NCBI GenBank assembly: GCA_965262715.1
Contig: OZ253553.1
Coordinates: 704,001 to 768,000 of the forward strand
Source of the DNA: Bdellovibrionales bacterium
GTDB lineage: Bacteria; Bdellovibrionota; Bdellovibrionia; Bdellovibrionales; JAUICD01
Direction: 5' to 3'
Length of the DNA stretch: 64,000 nt
Shown here: one piece after another, positions 43,814-54,765 of the stretch
How positions within the stretch are numbered: position 1 is the stretch's first letter
How the letters are laid out: each line of letters begins with the position of its first letter
Notes under the pieces: model-generated
Seen by the model: only the letters and a program-made list of their open reading frames with translations
What the model was told of the DNA's origin: nothing
Database searches by the model: none
Translations under genes and position numbers: made by a program

Positions 43814-44749
43814 TTATGCTTTTAGAAGTTTTTCTGGAGGGATATTGGATTTGAAAAGAGCTGTTTTAAAAGGTAAGGAGCGTCCAAGTTTTCTGCTAAG
43901 CCAATGATTGATTCTTATAAGTGAGTTAATATCTACACCTGTTTTATATCCTAGCCTTTCTAAAAAATACACAACAATTTCTGTAGCTACATTGCCTACT
44001 CGATGTTTTGAGTAAGGACATCCTCCAAGACCTCCAAGGCTACAGTCAAAAATAGAAATACCGTAATCTAAACTTTCTTTGATATTTGTAAGTGCCAACC
44101 CTCTGGTGTCATGAAAGTGCATGGCAATTTGATGAGGTGGTATTATCTTTAACAACACTGATAAGAGTTGATTAACTTCTTTTGGCGAGGCAGCTCCAAT
44201 AGTATCTCCAATAGAAATTTCATAACAGCCCATTTCTATGAGCTTTGTTGCTAATTGAACAACTCTATGAGGACCAATATAGCCTTCATAAGGACAATAA
44301 AAGGCTGTGCTGATATAACCTCTTAAACGGCATTTTTTAGGTAACATTTTTGTGATGTCCTTTAAGCGATTTAAACTTTCTGAAACAGAGCAGTTAATGT
44401 TTTTTTGAGTAAAAATTGTGCTTGCTGCTGTAAAAAAAGCAACTTCTTGAATACCCGAGAGAAGAGCTATTTCCATCCCTTTTGTGTTTGGAACAAGAGT
44501 AGAAAAAGAAATGTCCTTAGAAATTTTATTTTTCTTTTGTTGAGCTAAAATTGTTTGCGCTAACTCTAATGACCCTTCCATTTGAGGAACCCACTTTGGA
44601 GATACAAAAGCTCCTATCTCAATTCTTTTAAGGCCGGCAAGGCAAAGTCTTCTGATAAATTTTTCTTTGTTGGTTTGATCTAAAACAATGGATTCGTTTT
44701 GCAGGCCATCCCTGGGTCCCACTTCAACTAAAGTTATCTGTTTTGTCAT
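43814..44749 (-). CDS. liuE: Hydroxymethylglutaryl-CoA lyase
   Basis: EVGPRDGLQNE, HFHDTRG and GGLGGCPY motifs. ATGA overlap with the upstream gene. Confidence 0.92.
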   Translation of the reverse strand: MTKQITLVEVGPRDGLQNESIVLDQTNKEKFIRRLCLAGLKRIEIGAFVSPKWVPQMEGSLELAQTILAQQKKNKISKDISFSTLVPNTKGMEIALLSGIQEVAFFTAASTIFTQKNINCSVSESLNRLKDITKMLPKKCRLRGYISTAFYCPYEGYIGPHRVVQLATKLIEMGCYEISIGDTIGAASPKEVNQLLSVLLKIIPPHQIAMHFHDTRGLALTNIKESLDYGISIFDCSLGGLGGCPYSKHRVGNVATEIVVYFLERLGYKTGVDINSLIRINHWLSRKLGRSLPFKTALFKSNIPPEKLLKA

Positions 44750-46611
44750 TTTTTCTCCAAAGGTTTTAATTGTATGAGTATTTGCTCTTTTTCCACTTGT
44801 TGACCGCAAGTGACGTGAATAGACTTAATAACTCCATCTCTTTCTGATTTGATCAGATGTTCCATCTTCATAGCCTCTAAAGCTAAAAGTGTATCTCCTT
44901 TTTTAATAGAATCACCTTCTTTTACCATGACTTGAAGAACTTTTCCGGGTGTGAAAGTTAAAATATGATCTGGTACACTTTGGTGCTCATCTAGGCTGTC
45001 TTTATCAGCTCCACTGTAAGTCCAAGTAGCTCCTTGAAAATGCATCCAAAGATCTTGAGAGTCAAAACAAATATGTCCTTGCCTGTTTTTTCCATTAATA
45101 AAAAGTGTTAAAGTGTGAACTTGCACTTGAGGGTTTTTCCATTGATGAACATACGAGCTTTCAAAGATAGATGCTTTTTTATGAGCAGTTTTTCTTCTAC
45201 TTATAAACTGTTTTGCATGGTTTTGAAAAATTAACTGTGCATTTGAAAGAGCACCCTCCTCTTTTGGAGTTAATCCTTTTTTGAAATATTTATCAATAAA
45301 ATCAGTAGTGACAGCCCCTTTAAGAAAAATAGAATGTTCTAAAATAGCTTTAAGGTATTCAAAGTTAGTTTTTACACCAAAGACATAAGATTCATTGATA
45401 GTGTTTTTCATCTCTTGAATACAAGATGAGCGGTCTTTAGCCTTAATAATGATTTTTGCAAACATAGGATCATAAAATGAAGAGACTTCGTCACCGTCAT
45501 CTAAGCCATAATCAAAACGTCGATTGACACCACGAGACCATTTTTGAGATATTCGACCTGTACTAGGAAGGCCCTCCTTATAAGGATCTTCCGCATAAAC
45601 ACGGCATTCCATCACATGCCCTTGAGGCTTTAATTGAGATGAAGAAAATGGCAGCTTGTCTCCTTGTGCCACTTGAATTTGCGCTTTTACTAAGTCTACG
45701 TTTAAAAGCATTTCTGTAACAGGATGTTCTACTTGAAGACGTGTGTTCATTTCTAAAAAATAATAGTTTTCACCATCTAATAAAAACTCAACTGTTCCCG
45801 CTCCTACATAATTCACTGCTAAAGCCGCTTTAATAGCATCATCTGCCATTTTGGAATGGTGTTTTTGACATTCTAAAGCAGGAGACTCCTCTATGATTTT
45901 TTGATGCCTGCGTTGGACACTGCAATCACGTTCGAAAAGATGAATGATGTTGCCATGTGTATCTCCAAATATTTGAAACTCAATATGCCTAGCTTTTTCT
46001 ATATATTTTTCTAAAAAAACTTGATCAGAACCAAAAGCGGCTAATGACTCTCTCTTTGCAGAGTTTAATTGTTGAAGAAAGTCTTTTTCAGATCTAGCTA
46101 TCTTGATGCCACGCCCTCCTCCACCAAAGCTTGCTTTGATAAGAAGAGGAAATCCAATTTGCAATGCCATGCTCTTTAACTTTTCATCAGTTTGAACGGG
46201 GTCATGATAACCAGGAATGACAGACACACCTGCTTTCATCATGATTTTTCTAGCTGTTGTTTTATCTCCCATTTTGGCAATAGCTTCATAGGAAGGACCA
46301 ATAAAAGTGATACCAGCATCTTCCACAGCTTTAGCAAATTGAGCATTTTCAGATAAAAAACCAAATCCAGGGTGCAAGGCATCTGCTTGGACCTTAAGAG
46401 CTGCTGATATATTTGCCTCAATATTTAAATAGCTTTCTGAGGAGGGTGCTGGGCCAATACAGATGGTTTCGTCTGCTTGCCTAAAAGCTGCTGATTTTAT
46501 ATCAGCTTCCGAGTGCAGTAAAACCGTTGGGAATTGAAGCGCTTTACATGCCTTCAAAATCCTTAAGGCCACCTCTCCTCTATTAGCAATAGCAAGTTTT
46601 TTAAAGCTCAT
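44746..46611 (-). CDS. liuD: Acyl-CoA carboxylase biotin carboxylase/carrier subunit (methylcrotonyl-CoA carboxylase alpha-like)
   Basis: IANRGEVA, GGGGRG, RDCSVQRRHQK, EMNTRLQVEHPVTE and EAMKM motifs. Confidence 0.88.
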   Translation of the reverse strand: MSFKKLAIANRGEVALRILKACKALQFPTVLLHSEADIKSAAFRQADETICIGPAPSSESYLNIEANISAALKVQADALHPGFGFLSENAQFAKAVEDAGITFIGPSYEAIAKMGDKTTARKIMMKAGVSVIPGYHDPVQTDEKLKSMALQIGFPLLIKASFGGGGRGIKIARSEKDFLQQLNSAKRESLAAFGSDQVFLEKYIEKARHIEFQIFGDTHGNIIHLFERDCSVQRRHQKIIEESPALECQKHHSKMADDAIKAALAVNYVGAGTVEFLLDGENYYFLEMNTRLQVEHPVTEMLLNVDLVKAQIQVAQGDKLPFSSSQLKPQGHVMECRVYAEDPYKEGLPSTGRISQKWSRGVNRRFDYGLDDGDEVSSFYDPMFAKIIIKAKDRSSCIQEMKNTINESYVFGVKTNFEYLKAILEHSIFLKGAVTTDFIDKYFKKGLTPKEEGALSNAQLIFQNHAKQFISRRKTAHKKASIFESSYVHQWKNPQVQVHTLTLFINGKNRQGHICFDSQDLWMHFQGATWTYSGADKDSLDEHQSVPDHILTFTPGKVLQVMVKEGDSIKKGDTLLALEAMKMEHLIKSERDGVIKSIHVTCGQQVEKEQILIQLKPLEKK

Positions 46612-47399
46612 TGTTTTTCATTGGTTTGATTCCAAGAAGGTTTGCGTTTTTCTAAAAAGGCAGCTAAGCCCTCTTGACCTTCTTGACTGGAACAACATTT
46701 TTTAAAAAGATCAATGACTTCAGCTTCTAAATGAGTAAAATTGAATTTTTCTTTTTCACATTTTCTAATAAGAGATTTTGTATGTCTTACCGCTTGTCTG
46801 CCTACAGAAGAGAGTTTATGGCACTTATCCTGGATATATTGATCTACTTGATCGGGAGTGCCTACAAAATCTAAAAGACCTTTAGAAAATGCCATTTGAG
46901 CATCAAACTTTTCACCTGTAAGCATCAGCTCTAGTGCATGTGGTGGGTTGATCTTTCTACAAACAAAAAGACTGATAACAGCAGGTATAATACCTAACTT
47001 TACTTCACTAAATGCAAAAACAGTGTCCTTTGTTGCTGCCACTATATCACAGGCAGCGGTCAAACCAATACCTCCTCCAATAACATGACCGTGAATATGG
47101 CAAAGTACAGGGTGAGGACAATTATAGATAGTGCTTAAAAGATCATAAAGCACTCTGATATTAGATGTATTTTGAGGTGAATGAGCTGTGTTTTTAATCC
47201 AGGAGATGTCTCCTCCAGCACAAAAGCTTTTACCATTTCCTCTTAAAACAATAGCGGAGATATCAGATTGAAGCTGAGTGTCGGAGAAAACTTGAGTGAG
47301 TTCTTGCATTAACTCTGCATTGAGCGCATTTCTAACCTGTGGCCGGTTTAAGCTAATTGTCAAAATAGATTTTTCTTTTGAATATTCAACAGATGACAT
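46608..47399 (-). CDS. liuC: Enoyl-CoA hydratase (methylglutaconyl-CoA hydratase-like)
   Basis: FCAGGD, GGGIGLTAACD, FSEVKLGIIPAVIS and AFLEKRKPSW motifs. Confidence 0.85.
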   Translation of the reverse strand: MSSVEYSKEKSILTISLNRPQVRNALNAELMQELTQVFSDTQLQSDISAIVLRGNGKSFCAGGDISWIKNTAHSPQNTSNIRVLYDLLSTIYNCPHPVLCHIHGHVIGGGIGLTAACDIVAATKDTVFAFSEVKLGIIPAVISLFVCRKINPPHALELMLTGEKFDAQMAFSKGLLDFVGTPDQVDQYIQDKCHKLSSVGRQAVRHTKSLIRKCEKEKFNFTHLEAEVIDLFKKCCSSQEGQEGLAAFLEKRKPSWNQTNEKQ

Positions 47400-47491
47400 A
47401 AGAATCCTTTTGTTGTTTTTTTATGCATTTATACTACTATTAAATATTAAGATATTTCAAGCTCTAACATATTCACTCATTTTGTATTATT

Positions 47492-47567
47492 CAGGCAGTC
47501 CGGCAACCTGGCAGTCGAGCAATTAAGTTCCCGGCAAGTTATTTGCCGGATTGCGGGTCTTCCGGGG
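47492..47567. repeat. Degenerate ~9-mer (CCGGCAA/TTGCCGG) palindromic repeat cluster
   Basis: Similar clusters at 8125, 9207, 48310-48380, 55428-55472, 58795 and 61040-61120. Confidence 0.6.
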
Positions 47568-47746
47568 AAAAATATAAGAACTCTCTACTATTGATAATAA
47601 AAGAACTTTTTGTCAAATTTTCCAAACTTGATACATCAGTATTTTAAATCATCATTTTTAGAAATATAAGTTAAGAAAAAAAGCTGATTCTCCGATGTTG
47701 TAAGAAATAATATCCAAAATATAAACCCTCATTAAGGAGAATTAAA

Positions 47747-48277
47747 ATGAGACACTTAATATTGAGTTTATTGGTATTGGGCTTTTCTCAAAATCTGCAA
47801 GCAAAGTTAGGTGTAGATGAGCCTTCTAGCGAAAATAATGAAAGCAATAAAGAGTATTTAGAATGTGCAAATAGGATAGAGGCATCTGGTAAAGTGTATT
47901 TAGAATGTGTAAAAAGTGTAAAAGAAGAACCAGTAAAAAGTCTTTCAGCAGGAGTGGTTTTCAAAGAACCTAGATCAAGGGCCTCAGCCAATAATCAGCA
48001 GAAAGAGAATGTAAGAAAACCTGCACAACGAGAGACATCTAATGAGCAGATTTTCTCAGAGGCTCATTCTTGTGTTGCCCGTTTTACTAGTGATGGACTT
48101 CCTGACATTAAATGTAATGGGCAGAGGTTGAAATGGTTGGGAAAGAGTGATGGATTCACTAATGTGATCTCTCTTGCAAATCATTATTTAGCAGAAGCTG
48201 GCTTTATTCCTATTAATTGTTGGTCTGCATCAAGTTACAACTTTTACTGTATTTATCATAAACATTCACAGAATTAG
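47747..48277 (+). CDS. Secreted hypothetical protein
   Basis: AAGGAG RBS, signal peptide, 6 Cys. Confidence 0.75.
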   Translation: MRHLILSLLVLGFSQNLQAKLGVDEPSSENNESNKEYLECANRIEASGKVYLECVKSVKEEPVKSLSAGVVFKEPRSRASANNQQKENVRKPAQRETSNEQIFSEAHSCVARFTSDGLPDIKCNGQRLKWLGKSDGFTNVISLANHYLAEAGFIPINCWSASSYNFYCIYHKHSQN

Positions 48278-48487
48278 TTAGTTATTTTACTAAAGATACT
48301 TCTAATGTTTCTGGCAATCTGACAACTGTTTTCGGCAACAGATGTCAGAGGCAGATTGCCGGTGTGCCAGACTCCCGGAGAAAATGAGAAAATATTTTTT
48401 TAAGGAATTTTCTTAAGAATGATATCACTGATAATAAGAGAACTTTTTTGGGTCGAATGCTGTCTCACTCAAAATAAACCAACCTCT

Positions 48488-48642
48488 GTTTCCCTAAAAA
48501 TGCCTCTCGCCTCTGGCGACTTTTTGGCATTGTCCCCAAACGAGCTTACACTGTTTGGTAAATAGGACAATGCCTAAAAAGCTTGAGGTATTTTTAGTAA
48601 GGCAGATACCTCTCGTTACTTAACACAATATTAGGGAAAATC
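48488..48642 (-). repeat. GNRA-loop structured repeat, minus-strand copy (subtype 2)
   Basis: Reverse complement: GGCATTGTCC..CCAAAC-AGT-GTAA-GCT-C-GTTTGG..GGACAATGCC..CAGAGGC..ATTTTTAGGGAAAC. Confidence 0.75.
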
Positions 48643-48763
48643 TGTCTTTAGATATTTAGTTTATTATCTCAAACTTGTTTACTTTGAGTAGAAGAGATAC
48701 TCTTTATTTCTTTATATCATATTAAGGAAATCATTTTTTTAAGAAGCTTTTCAAAAATTGCTT

Positions 48764-49804
48764 CTATTGATAATAAGAAAACTTCTTAGGATCAAATGCC
48801 TCTCTAATGGCTTCTCCGATGAAGGTGACCATAGTCAGGACAAAAGACATAGCAATCACTACAGATGCAACAATCCAAATGGAATCCATCTGTGACATTC
48901 CCTCTTTAAGAAGCTCTCCCCAGCTAGGTGTAGGCTTAGGAAGTCCATATCCTAAATAATCAAGTGCTGTTAATGCTGTGATACCATAAACAACAGAAAA
49001 TGGGATAAAAGTGATAATGATAGAAATGATGTTAGGTAAAATATGATGAAAAATAATTCTTGTGTGACTTGCTCCCATCGTTTTTGCGGCAAGGACATAC
49101 TCTCTTGCCTTCTCTTTATAAGTAGAAGTTCTCATATTCCATGTGATCTTTGTCCATTCAAAGAGAACCATAATGCCAATTAAAATAATCAGTGTAGGAG
49201 AAATGATAGATGCTACGATGATTACGACATAGAGTGCTGGAATATTCGACCAGATTTCTATGATCCTTTGGAAGAAGAGATCAAAACGTCCTCCTACATA
49301 ACCAATCAGACAACCCAGAACGATTCCAATAATGTAGTTTAAAAAAAGAAGAGCAAAAGAAAAAATGATGGCCACACGAAAGCCATAAAAAAGTCTAGCT
49401 AAAACATCTCTCCCTGATTTGTCTGTCCCTAAATAATGTTGATTTGCTGTAGATGGTGGATAGGGAGGGTACTTATCCTCCTGATAATCGTTCTCAAAAG
49501 GATTGTAGGGAACAGGTGGCATAATGACCCAGTTGTTTGTACCCTCAAGTTGTTTTTGGAGGTTCTTATAGTCAGTCTCATATTCGTAATCAAGTCCAAA
49601 GGTTATACCAGGAATAATACCACCATAGGTTGGGAAATAATAGTCACCATTGTATTTGACAACAAGAGCCCTCGAGTTGATCAATAGCTCAGCAAATAAA
49701 GAAAGGAATACAAAGATGGAAAAAATAATAAGAGAATAATAACCTCTTTTAATCGCTTTAAACTTTCGAATCTTTTTAAGAGTTAAAGGATTGAGTTTTA
49801 TCAT
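48764..49804 (-). CDS. yejE: Peptide ABC transporter permease (YejE/OppC-like)
   Basis: FKAIKRGYYS, LGTDKSGRDVLARL and PTPSWGELL motifs. Confidence 0.85.
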   Translation of the reverse strand: MIKLNPLTLKKIRKFKAIKRGYYSLIIFSIFVFLSLFAELLINSRALVVKYNGDYYFPTYGGIIPGITFGLDYEYETDYKNLQKQLEGTNNWVIMPPVPYNPFENDYQEDKYPPYPPSTANQHYLGTDKSGRDVLARLFYGFRVAIIFSFALLFLNYIIGIVLGCLIGYVGGRFDLFFQRIIEIWSNIPALYVVIIVASIISPTLIILIGIMVLFEWTKITWNMRTSTYKEKAREYVLAAKTMGASHTRIIFHHILPNIISIIITFIPFSVVYGITALTALDYLGYGLPKPTPSWGELLKEGMSQMDSIWIVASVVIAMSFVLTMVTFIGEAIREAFDPKKFSYYQ

Positions 49805-50808
49805 TCGAAGCGTATCCTTGGATCGATTAGGGCTACACAAATATCAGATAGGATATTGCCTAAAAAAAACAGTAGGGAAGAAATAACAAGAATTCCCATA
49901 ACAACAGGGTAGTCTCTTTGAACAATAGATTCATAACCTAAAAGACCTATGCCATCTATATTGAATATGGTTTCAATTAAAAAAGAACCTGTTATAAAAA
50001 AAGAGATATTATTTCCAAAATGTGTAGCAATAGGGATAAGACTATTTCGAAAGGCATGCCTTAAAACAGCCTTAGGAAAAGATAAGCCTTTTTGCAAAGC
50101 AGTTCTGACATAATCGGCAGAAAGATGATCCATCAATGAATTTTTCATCAATAAAGTTGTAAAGGCAAAACTGCCAGAAAGATAAGCTATTAAAGGTAAA
50201 GTGGCGTGATAAATGATATCCTTGCATTTTTCAAAGAAAGAAAAATCATCAAACTCATCGCTTGTAAATCCTTCCATAGGAAACCATTCCCATAAAGAGC
50301 CTAGCCAAACTAAAAGTATAACTCCTACAATATAGTTAGGAATAGCATAACCTAAAACTATAAATATGCTCGTTAAACTGTCGAAGATAGACCCATGATG
50401 GATGGCTTTAAATATCCCCAATGGGATGCAAATAAGATAAGTGATGAATATTGTCATGAGACCATAGAAAATAGAGATGGGCAGCCTCTCTTTAATAAGA
50501 CCCCAAACAGGTTCCACATAGCGAGTGGATTGTCCCAAATCTAAACGAAAAATATTTAATATCCAGTTGGCATAGGCAATAGGAATAGGCTTATCAAACC
50601 CATAATAGATCTCGAGATCGTGGAGTTGTTCTTTTGATAAAGAAGTTCCAGGTTCATCTAAACGCCCTTGATTAGCTTGCTGAGCTTGACTTAACATCAT
50701 TTCAATAGGGCCGCCTGGTACAATGCGAGTGATGGCAAAGACAATCAATGTCAGCCCTAAAAAAGTAGGAATGATCAATAAAAAACGTCTGAGAAAGTAA
50801 ACACCCAT
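49801..50808 (-). CDS. yejB: Peptide ABC transporter permease (YejB/OppB-like)
   Basis: RRFLLIIPT, VPGGPIE, YGFDKP, HAFRNSLIP and DPRIRFE motifs. Confidence 0.87.
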   Translation of the reverse strand: MGVYFLRRFLLIIPTFLGLTLIVFAITRIVPGGPIEMMLSQAQQANQGRLDEPGTSLSKEQLHDLEIYYGFDKPIPIAYANWILNIFRLDLGQSTRYVEPVWGLIKERLPISIFYGLMTIFITYLICIPLGIFKAIHHGSIFDSLTSIFIVLGYAIPNYIVGVILLVWLGSLWEWFPMEGFTSDEFDDFSFFEKCKDIIYHATLPLIAYLSGSFAFTTLLMKNSLMDHLSADYVRTALQKGLSFPKAVLRHAFRNSLIPIATHFGNNISFFITGSFLIETIFNIDGIGLLGYESIVQRDYPVVMGILVISSLLFFLGNILSDICVALIDPRIRFE

Positions 50809-50897
50809 ATTTAATAAGCTACAAAAAAAAACCGCAAACAACAAGTCTCTTTATTGAGTATTTAAAATATAGGAATTAGATGGTAAGATGACTTAGC

Positions 50898-51392
50898 GAT
50901 TTCCTTAACATTTTGTTAAGTAACGAGGAGAGTCTCCCTCCTAAAAATGGTCAGAGGTAAGGGGTGTATTGTTTTTTTTAGAAAAAACAGAGAAAAAAAT
51001 CTTTGAAGCAATGACTTTGGATATTTATGGCAAAATCTTGTAGTCCTCGGGCTATTGCCCTGCGGAAGAACAATCTTTTGCCATAAATATCCAGTTTTAT
51101 TTTGCTATAAAGATTTAGTGTGATTTGTAAGGAGAGGAGATAGGAAATAAGGTAAGTGATTTCCTTAACATGGTGTTAAGTAATGAGGAGAGTCTCCCTC
51201 TTAAAAATGAACAAGTTTTTGAGGCAGTCAGCATTTTCTTGAAGGTGTGAACCTTCAAGCTGACTACCCAAAAGTGGTCAGAGACCAGTTTATTTTTAGG
51301 GAAACAGCATTGCCCTATTTGCCAAACGGCGTGAGCCAGTTGGGGGGCAATGCCAGAAAGTGGCCAGAGGCCAGACTATTTTTAGGGAAAAG
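50898..51392 (+). repeat. Repeat cluster: deleted GNRA copy (50898-50963), 76-nt hairpin (51018-51093), GNRA copies (51158-51306, 51307-51392)
   Basis: Motifs shared with the other copies. Loops are GTGA. Confidence 0.78.
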
Positions 51393-51896
51393 TTAGGCAC
51401 TCGCCGTGAAATAGAAAAGACGATGAAAGAAAGCTTTTTCTTTTTTTAGATCAAATCCAACCATCTCTCCACCTTTAAGTATAGATCTAAAAATATGAGA
51501 GAGAAGGTCAATTTCTATATCACTTCCATCTAAAGCAAGGGTTTCTTCTATGGCTTGAAAAACTTTATACAAGTCTGTTGTTGTAACAACCTTTGGTACT
51601 TCTCTCATATCTAAGCCATGGATAGGGTAAGGTTTGAAGCCAATGAGTTGTTGGGTTAGCAGAACTTTTGATCCGCTTGAAAAATCAATTTGTATAAAAT
51701 CTCTACGTTTAGAATCTTTGCGTAAAATCACATCACTGAGATTTTGAATACGTATAGGTAATGATTTGTTGTCTGAAAGTTGACTGATATTAATAGAGAG
51801 TTCATCACACCAATTTATAGCTAGACCTGGAGTCTTATCTATAAAATGGGCGATATTTTCAATTAACTTTTCTTGATGTAGGCTTGAGATATTCAA
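51393..51896 (-). CDS. Hypothetical protein
   Basis: 167-aa protein-like ORF (LIGFKP, PKVVTTTDL). Start uncertain. Confidence 0.65.
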   Translation of the reverse strand: MNISSLHQEKLIENIAHFIDKTPGLAINWCDELSINISQLSDNKSLPIRIQNLSDVILRKDSKRRDFIQIDFSSGSKVLLTQQLIGFKPYPIHGLDMREVPKVVTTTDLYKVFQAIEETLALDGSDIEIDLLSHIFRSILKGGEMVGFDLKKEKAFFHRLFYFTASA

Positions 51897-52651
51897 GGTA
51901 AGTTCCTCATCTAGTATTTGATTTGTATTATAAAATAATATCGTCTTTCAAGCTACACAACTTAAATGCTATCTGTATTCCAATACTTTTATTTTATAAT
52001 TTTCTAAGTTTTTACCATTAAGTGTCATCGTAATAGACAGTCATGGGCAAAACTTATATTAAATTGAGACTGATTGTCAGCCTGCTTTTGGATAACAAAT
52101 GTAAGTGTTAAACATATTTTTTGGAAACTTGTCTAAAAATAAATCAAAATAGTAAAGAAGGGGTAAAGGTTATTTGATAGGGATTGGGGTATGCAGTTGT
52201 TAAAAAGATGGATTATAGCCAGAAAGCCATTACAAAAAGATTCAAAAATAAAAGTTTTACAACAAGTAAAATCTTATTTGCATTTAAAGTAAAGAATCAA
52301 TGAGATTAGAAAAATACTGAATTTGAGTTTAGAATGTCATCTTTGCAAATTCTTTAAGAGAGCTTGAAAAGGGACTCTCCTTTTTTTATGGAGCTTCCTA
52401 GTATTTTGATTAAGGTTTTGGTTTCTAAAAGAGATTGAGAAAATAGATTCACCTTATAAACTATCTTCTTTGTTTGGCCCAGAAGTAAAAGAGTTAATGA
52501 AAAAGCCTTCAACTATATAAGCCCATCGTCTAACCTAGGTTAAGCCTATAAGATAATAGAATTACAATAGCATAGACTTGTCTATGTTCAGTAAAGAAGA
52601 CCCCAGCAAGATAGCTTGTAGGTTATTCTGTGTAAGTTCTAAGTAAAAAGG

Positions 52652-53128
52652 TTATTTAAATACAATATTGAGGATTTGGTACTCTTTTATTCCTTTATTA
52701 GTTGATAGTTCTGATATATCGCCAACTTTTTTACCAACGAGAACTCTAGCTAAAGGAGAGAGAATAGAAATTCTACTTGCTTGTACATCAGCTTCTTCAG
52801 GTCCTACAATTTGATAAAAAACTTCCTTGTCATCTTCGTGGTCTAAAAGTGTGACAGTTGCGCCAAAGATCACCTTATCTGATTTAAGTTTGTTAGGGTG
52901 AATCACCTCAGCACCAGCAATACGTCCTTGAATTTCTGATATGCGAGCCTCAATCCATCCTTGACGTTCTTTTGCTGCATCATAGTCTGTGTTTTCACTG
53001 AGGTCTCCATGGGCTCTAGCTTCTTCAATAGCTTTAACCACAGATGGACGCTCCTCTTTAATTAATTTCTTTAATTCTTTTTCTAACTTCTTTTTGCCTC
53101 GATTGGTTATAGGTAATTGATTGTTCAT
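52652..53128 (-). CDS. greA: Transcription elongation factor GreA
   Basis: ARAHGDLSENTDYDAAKE and ISILSPLAR motifs. Confidence 0.96.
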   Translation of the reverse strand: MNNQLPITNRGKKKLEKELKKLIKEERPSVVKAIEEARAHGDLSENTDYDAAKERQGWIEARISEIQGRIAGAEVIHPNKLKSDKVIFGATVTLLDHEDDKEVFYQIVGPEEADVQASRISILSPLARVLVGKKVGDISELSTNKGIKEYQILNIVFK

Positions 53129-53314
53129 AGTTTTATGACCTCAAAAATAAAAACGTTTAAAAAAATTAAAAGAAAATACATTCTATATTCTTTTCGTGAA
53201 ATAAGCAAAAAAAATCTTTGAAATTGGCAGGTTACAACCATTTTTAAAGCATTGAATTTATTAATCGATCCTATTTAAAAATCTTATGATTTTTATTTTA
53301 ATGACCTTATAATC

Positions 53315-54688
53315 ATGCTATACATTGATGATATGCATTTAAACACAGCCCAAATTTCTATCATTAAAAGGCTATTAAATCAAAGAAGCCAAAGGAGTCA
53401 GCAGCTTTTAAAGTCTGTGTTGCTAAAGATCGAACCTGCTGATCTTTCACAACTTTTTGAGCATATCACTGATAAAAGCAAAAAAAAAATATATTTAGAG
53501 GTCCTTATAGAGATAGGAAAAGCAGGTGTTGCTCTTAGCTCTTTACACCCCTTGCAAATCAAAGATATCTTGGCCGCCATCACTAAAAAACAAAAGATTG
53601 CTCTTCTATCTTCTAGCTTTGAAGATGACTCTGCTTATTTCTTAAGTCTTATGGATGAAAATGACACGTCGCATCTGCTAGAGTCATTGCCTTTATCTTT
53701 GAAATCACGTATCAAGCAAATTTTAAGTTATCCAGAAGGTACTGCTGGAAGAGAGATGAGCACAAAAGTCTTTACATTACCTTTAAATCTTTCAGTTCAG
53801 ATGGCTATTGAAGAAGTGAGAAAGAGATTACATGAGGAGTCTATCTTTTATATTTTTTGTGTGGACAGTGAGGATAAATTGGTAGGAGTGACTTCCCTAA
53901 AAACACTTGTAACAGCATCAGAGCAGACCCCTTTAAAGGATATTATGAAAACAGAGGTTATTTCTGTTCTACCAGAAACAAGTTCGCAAAAAGTAGCGGA
54001 GTTAGTTAATCATTACAGTTTCATTGCTATGCCTGTGGTCAATCAGGCAAGACAGCTTTTAGGTATTATTTCTATTGATAGTATTATTGATATTATTAAG
54101 GAACAAACAACAGCAAGCGCTTATGCAACAGCGGGATTGCAGGTCAATGATCGTGTGTATACGAAAGCAGGTTTAAGTATTAAAAACCGTATTCCCTGGC
54201 TCTTCCTTAATCTTATTTTAGCTATTCTTGTAAGTGGTATTGTCTCTCTTTTTGAAGACACAATGAGTGAGCTTATTATTCTAGCAACTTTGCTTAATGT
54301 TGTTTCGGGTCTTGCTGGCAATACTGCGATTCAAACACTTACTGTTGTCACACGGGGCTTGGCTATGAATGACTTTCATCTTATCAGTTATGCAAAGGTA
54401 ATCTTTAAAGAGATTAAAGTGGGGTTGGTTATTGGTATTGTTATTGGTATTGGCGCGGGAATTTTAGTGTATTTATGGAAAGGACATTTAATTGTGGCTT
54501 CTATCATTTTTATTTCTATGATTTTAAATACAGTAGTAGGAGCAACTATTGGAGCATTAGTCCCTATTATATTAAAAAAACAAAACTGGGATCCTGCAAT
54601 GGGTAGTGGAGTTTTAGTAACTATTATCACAGATTCTTTTAGTATTTTCTCTTTTCTTGGTATTGCAGCAATAACGATTCACTCATAA
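53315..54688 (+). CDS. mgtE: Magnesium transporter MgtE
   Basis: YPEGTAGREM, CBS pair, RIPWL, AGNTAIQT, DPA and TIITD motifs. Confidence 0.94.
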   Translation: MLYIDDMHLNTAQISIIKRLLNQRSQRSQQLLKSVLLKIEPADLSQLFEHITDKSKKKIYLEVLIEIGKAGVALSSLHPLQIKDILAAITKKQKIALLSSSFEDDSAYFLSLMDENDTSHLLESLPLSLKSRIKQILSYPEGTAGREMSTKVFTLPLNLSVQMAIEEVRKRLHEESIFYIFCVDSEDKLVGVTSLKTLVTASEQTPLKDIMKTEVISVLPETSSQKVAELVNHYSFIAMPVVNQARQLLGIISIDSIIDIIKEQTTASAYATAGLQVNDRVYTKAGLSIKNRIPWLFLNLILAILVSGIVSLFEDTMSELIILATLLNVVSGLAGNTAIQTLTVVTRGLAMNDFHLISYAKVIFKEIKVGLVIGIVIGIGAGILVYLWKGHLIVASIIFISMILNTVVGATIGALVPIILKKQNWDPAMGSGVLVTIITDSFSIFSFLGIAAITIHS

Positions 54689-54765
54689 GATATTATTTGT
54701 ACTATTGTGGTTGATCCAATAATCGGACATTCAAGCTAACCATCGTTCTAAAAAGTTACTATCAG

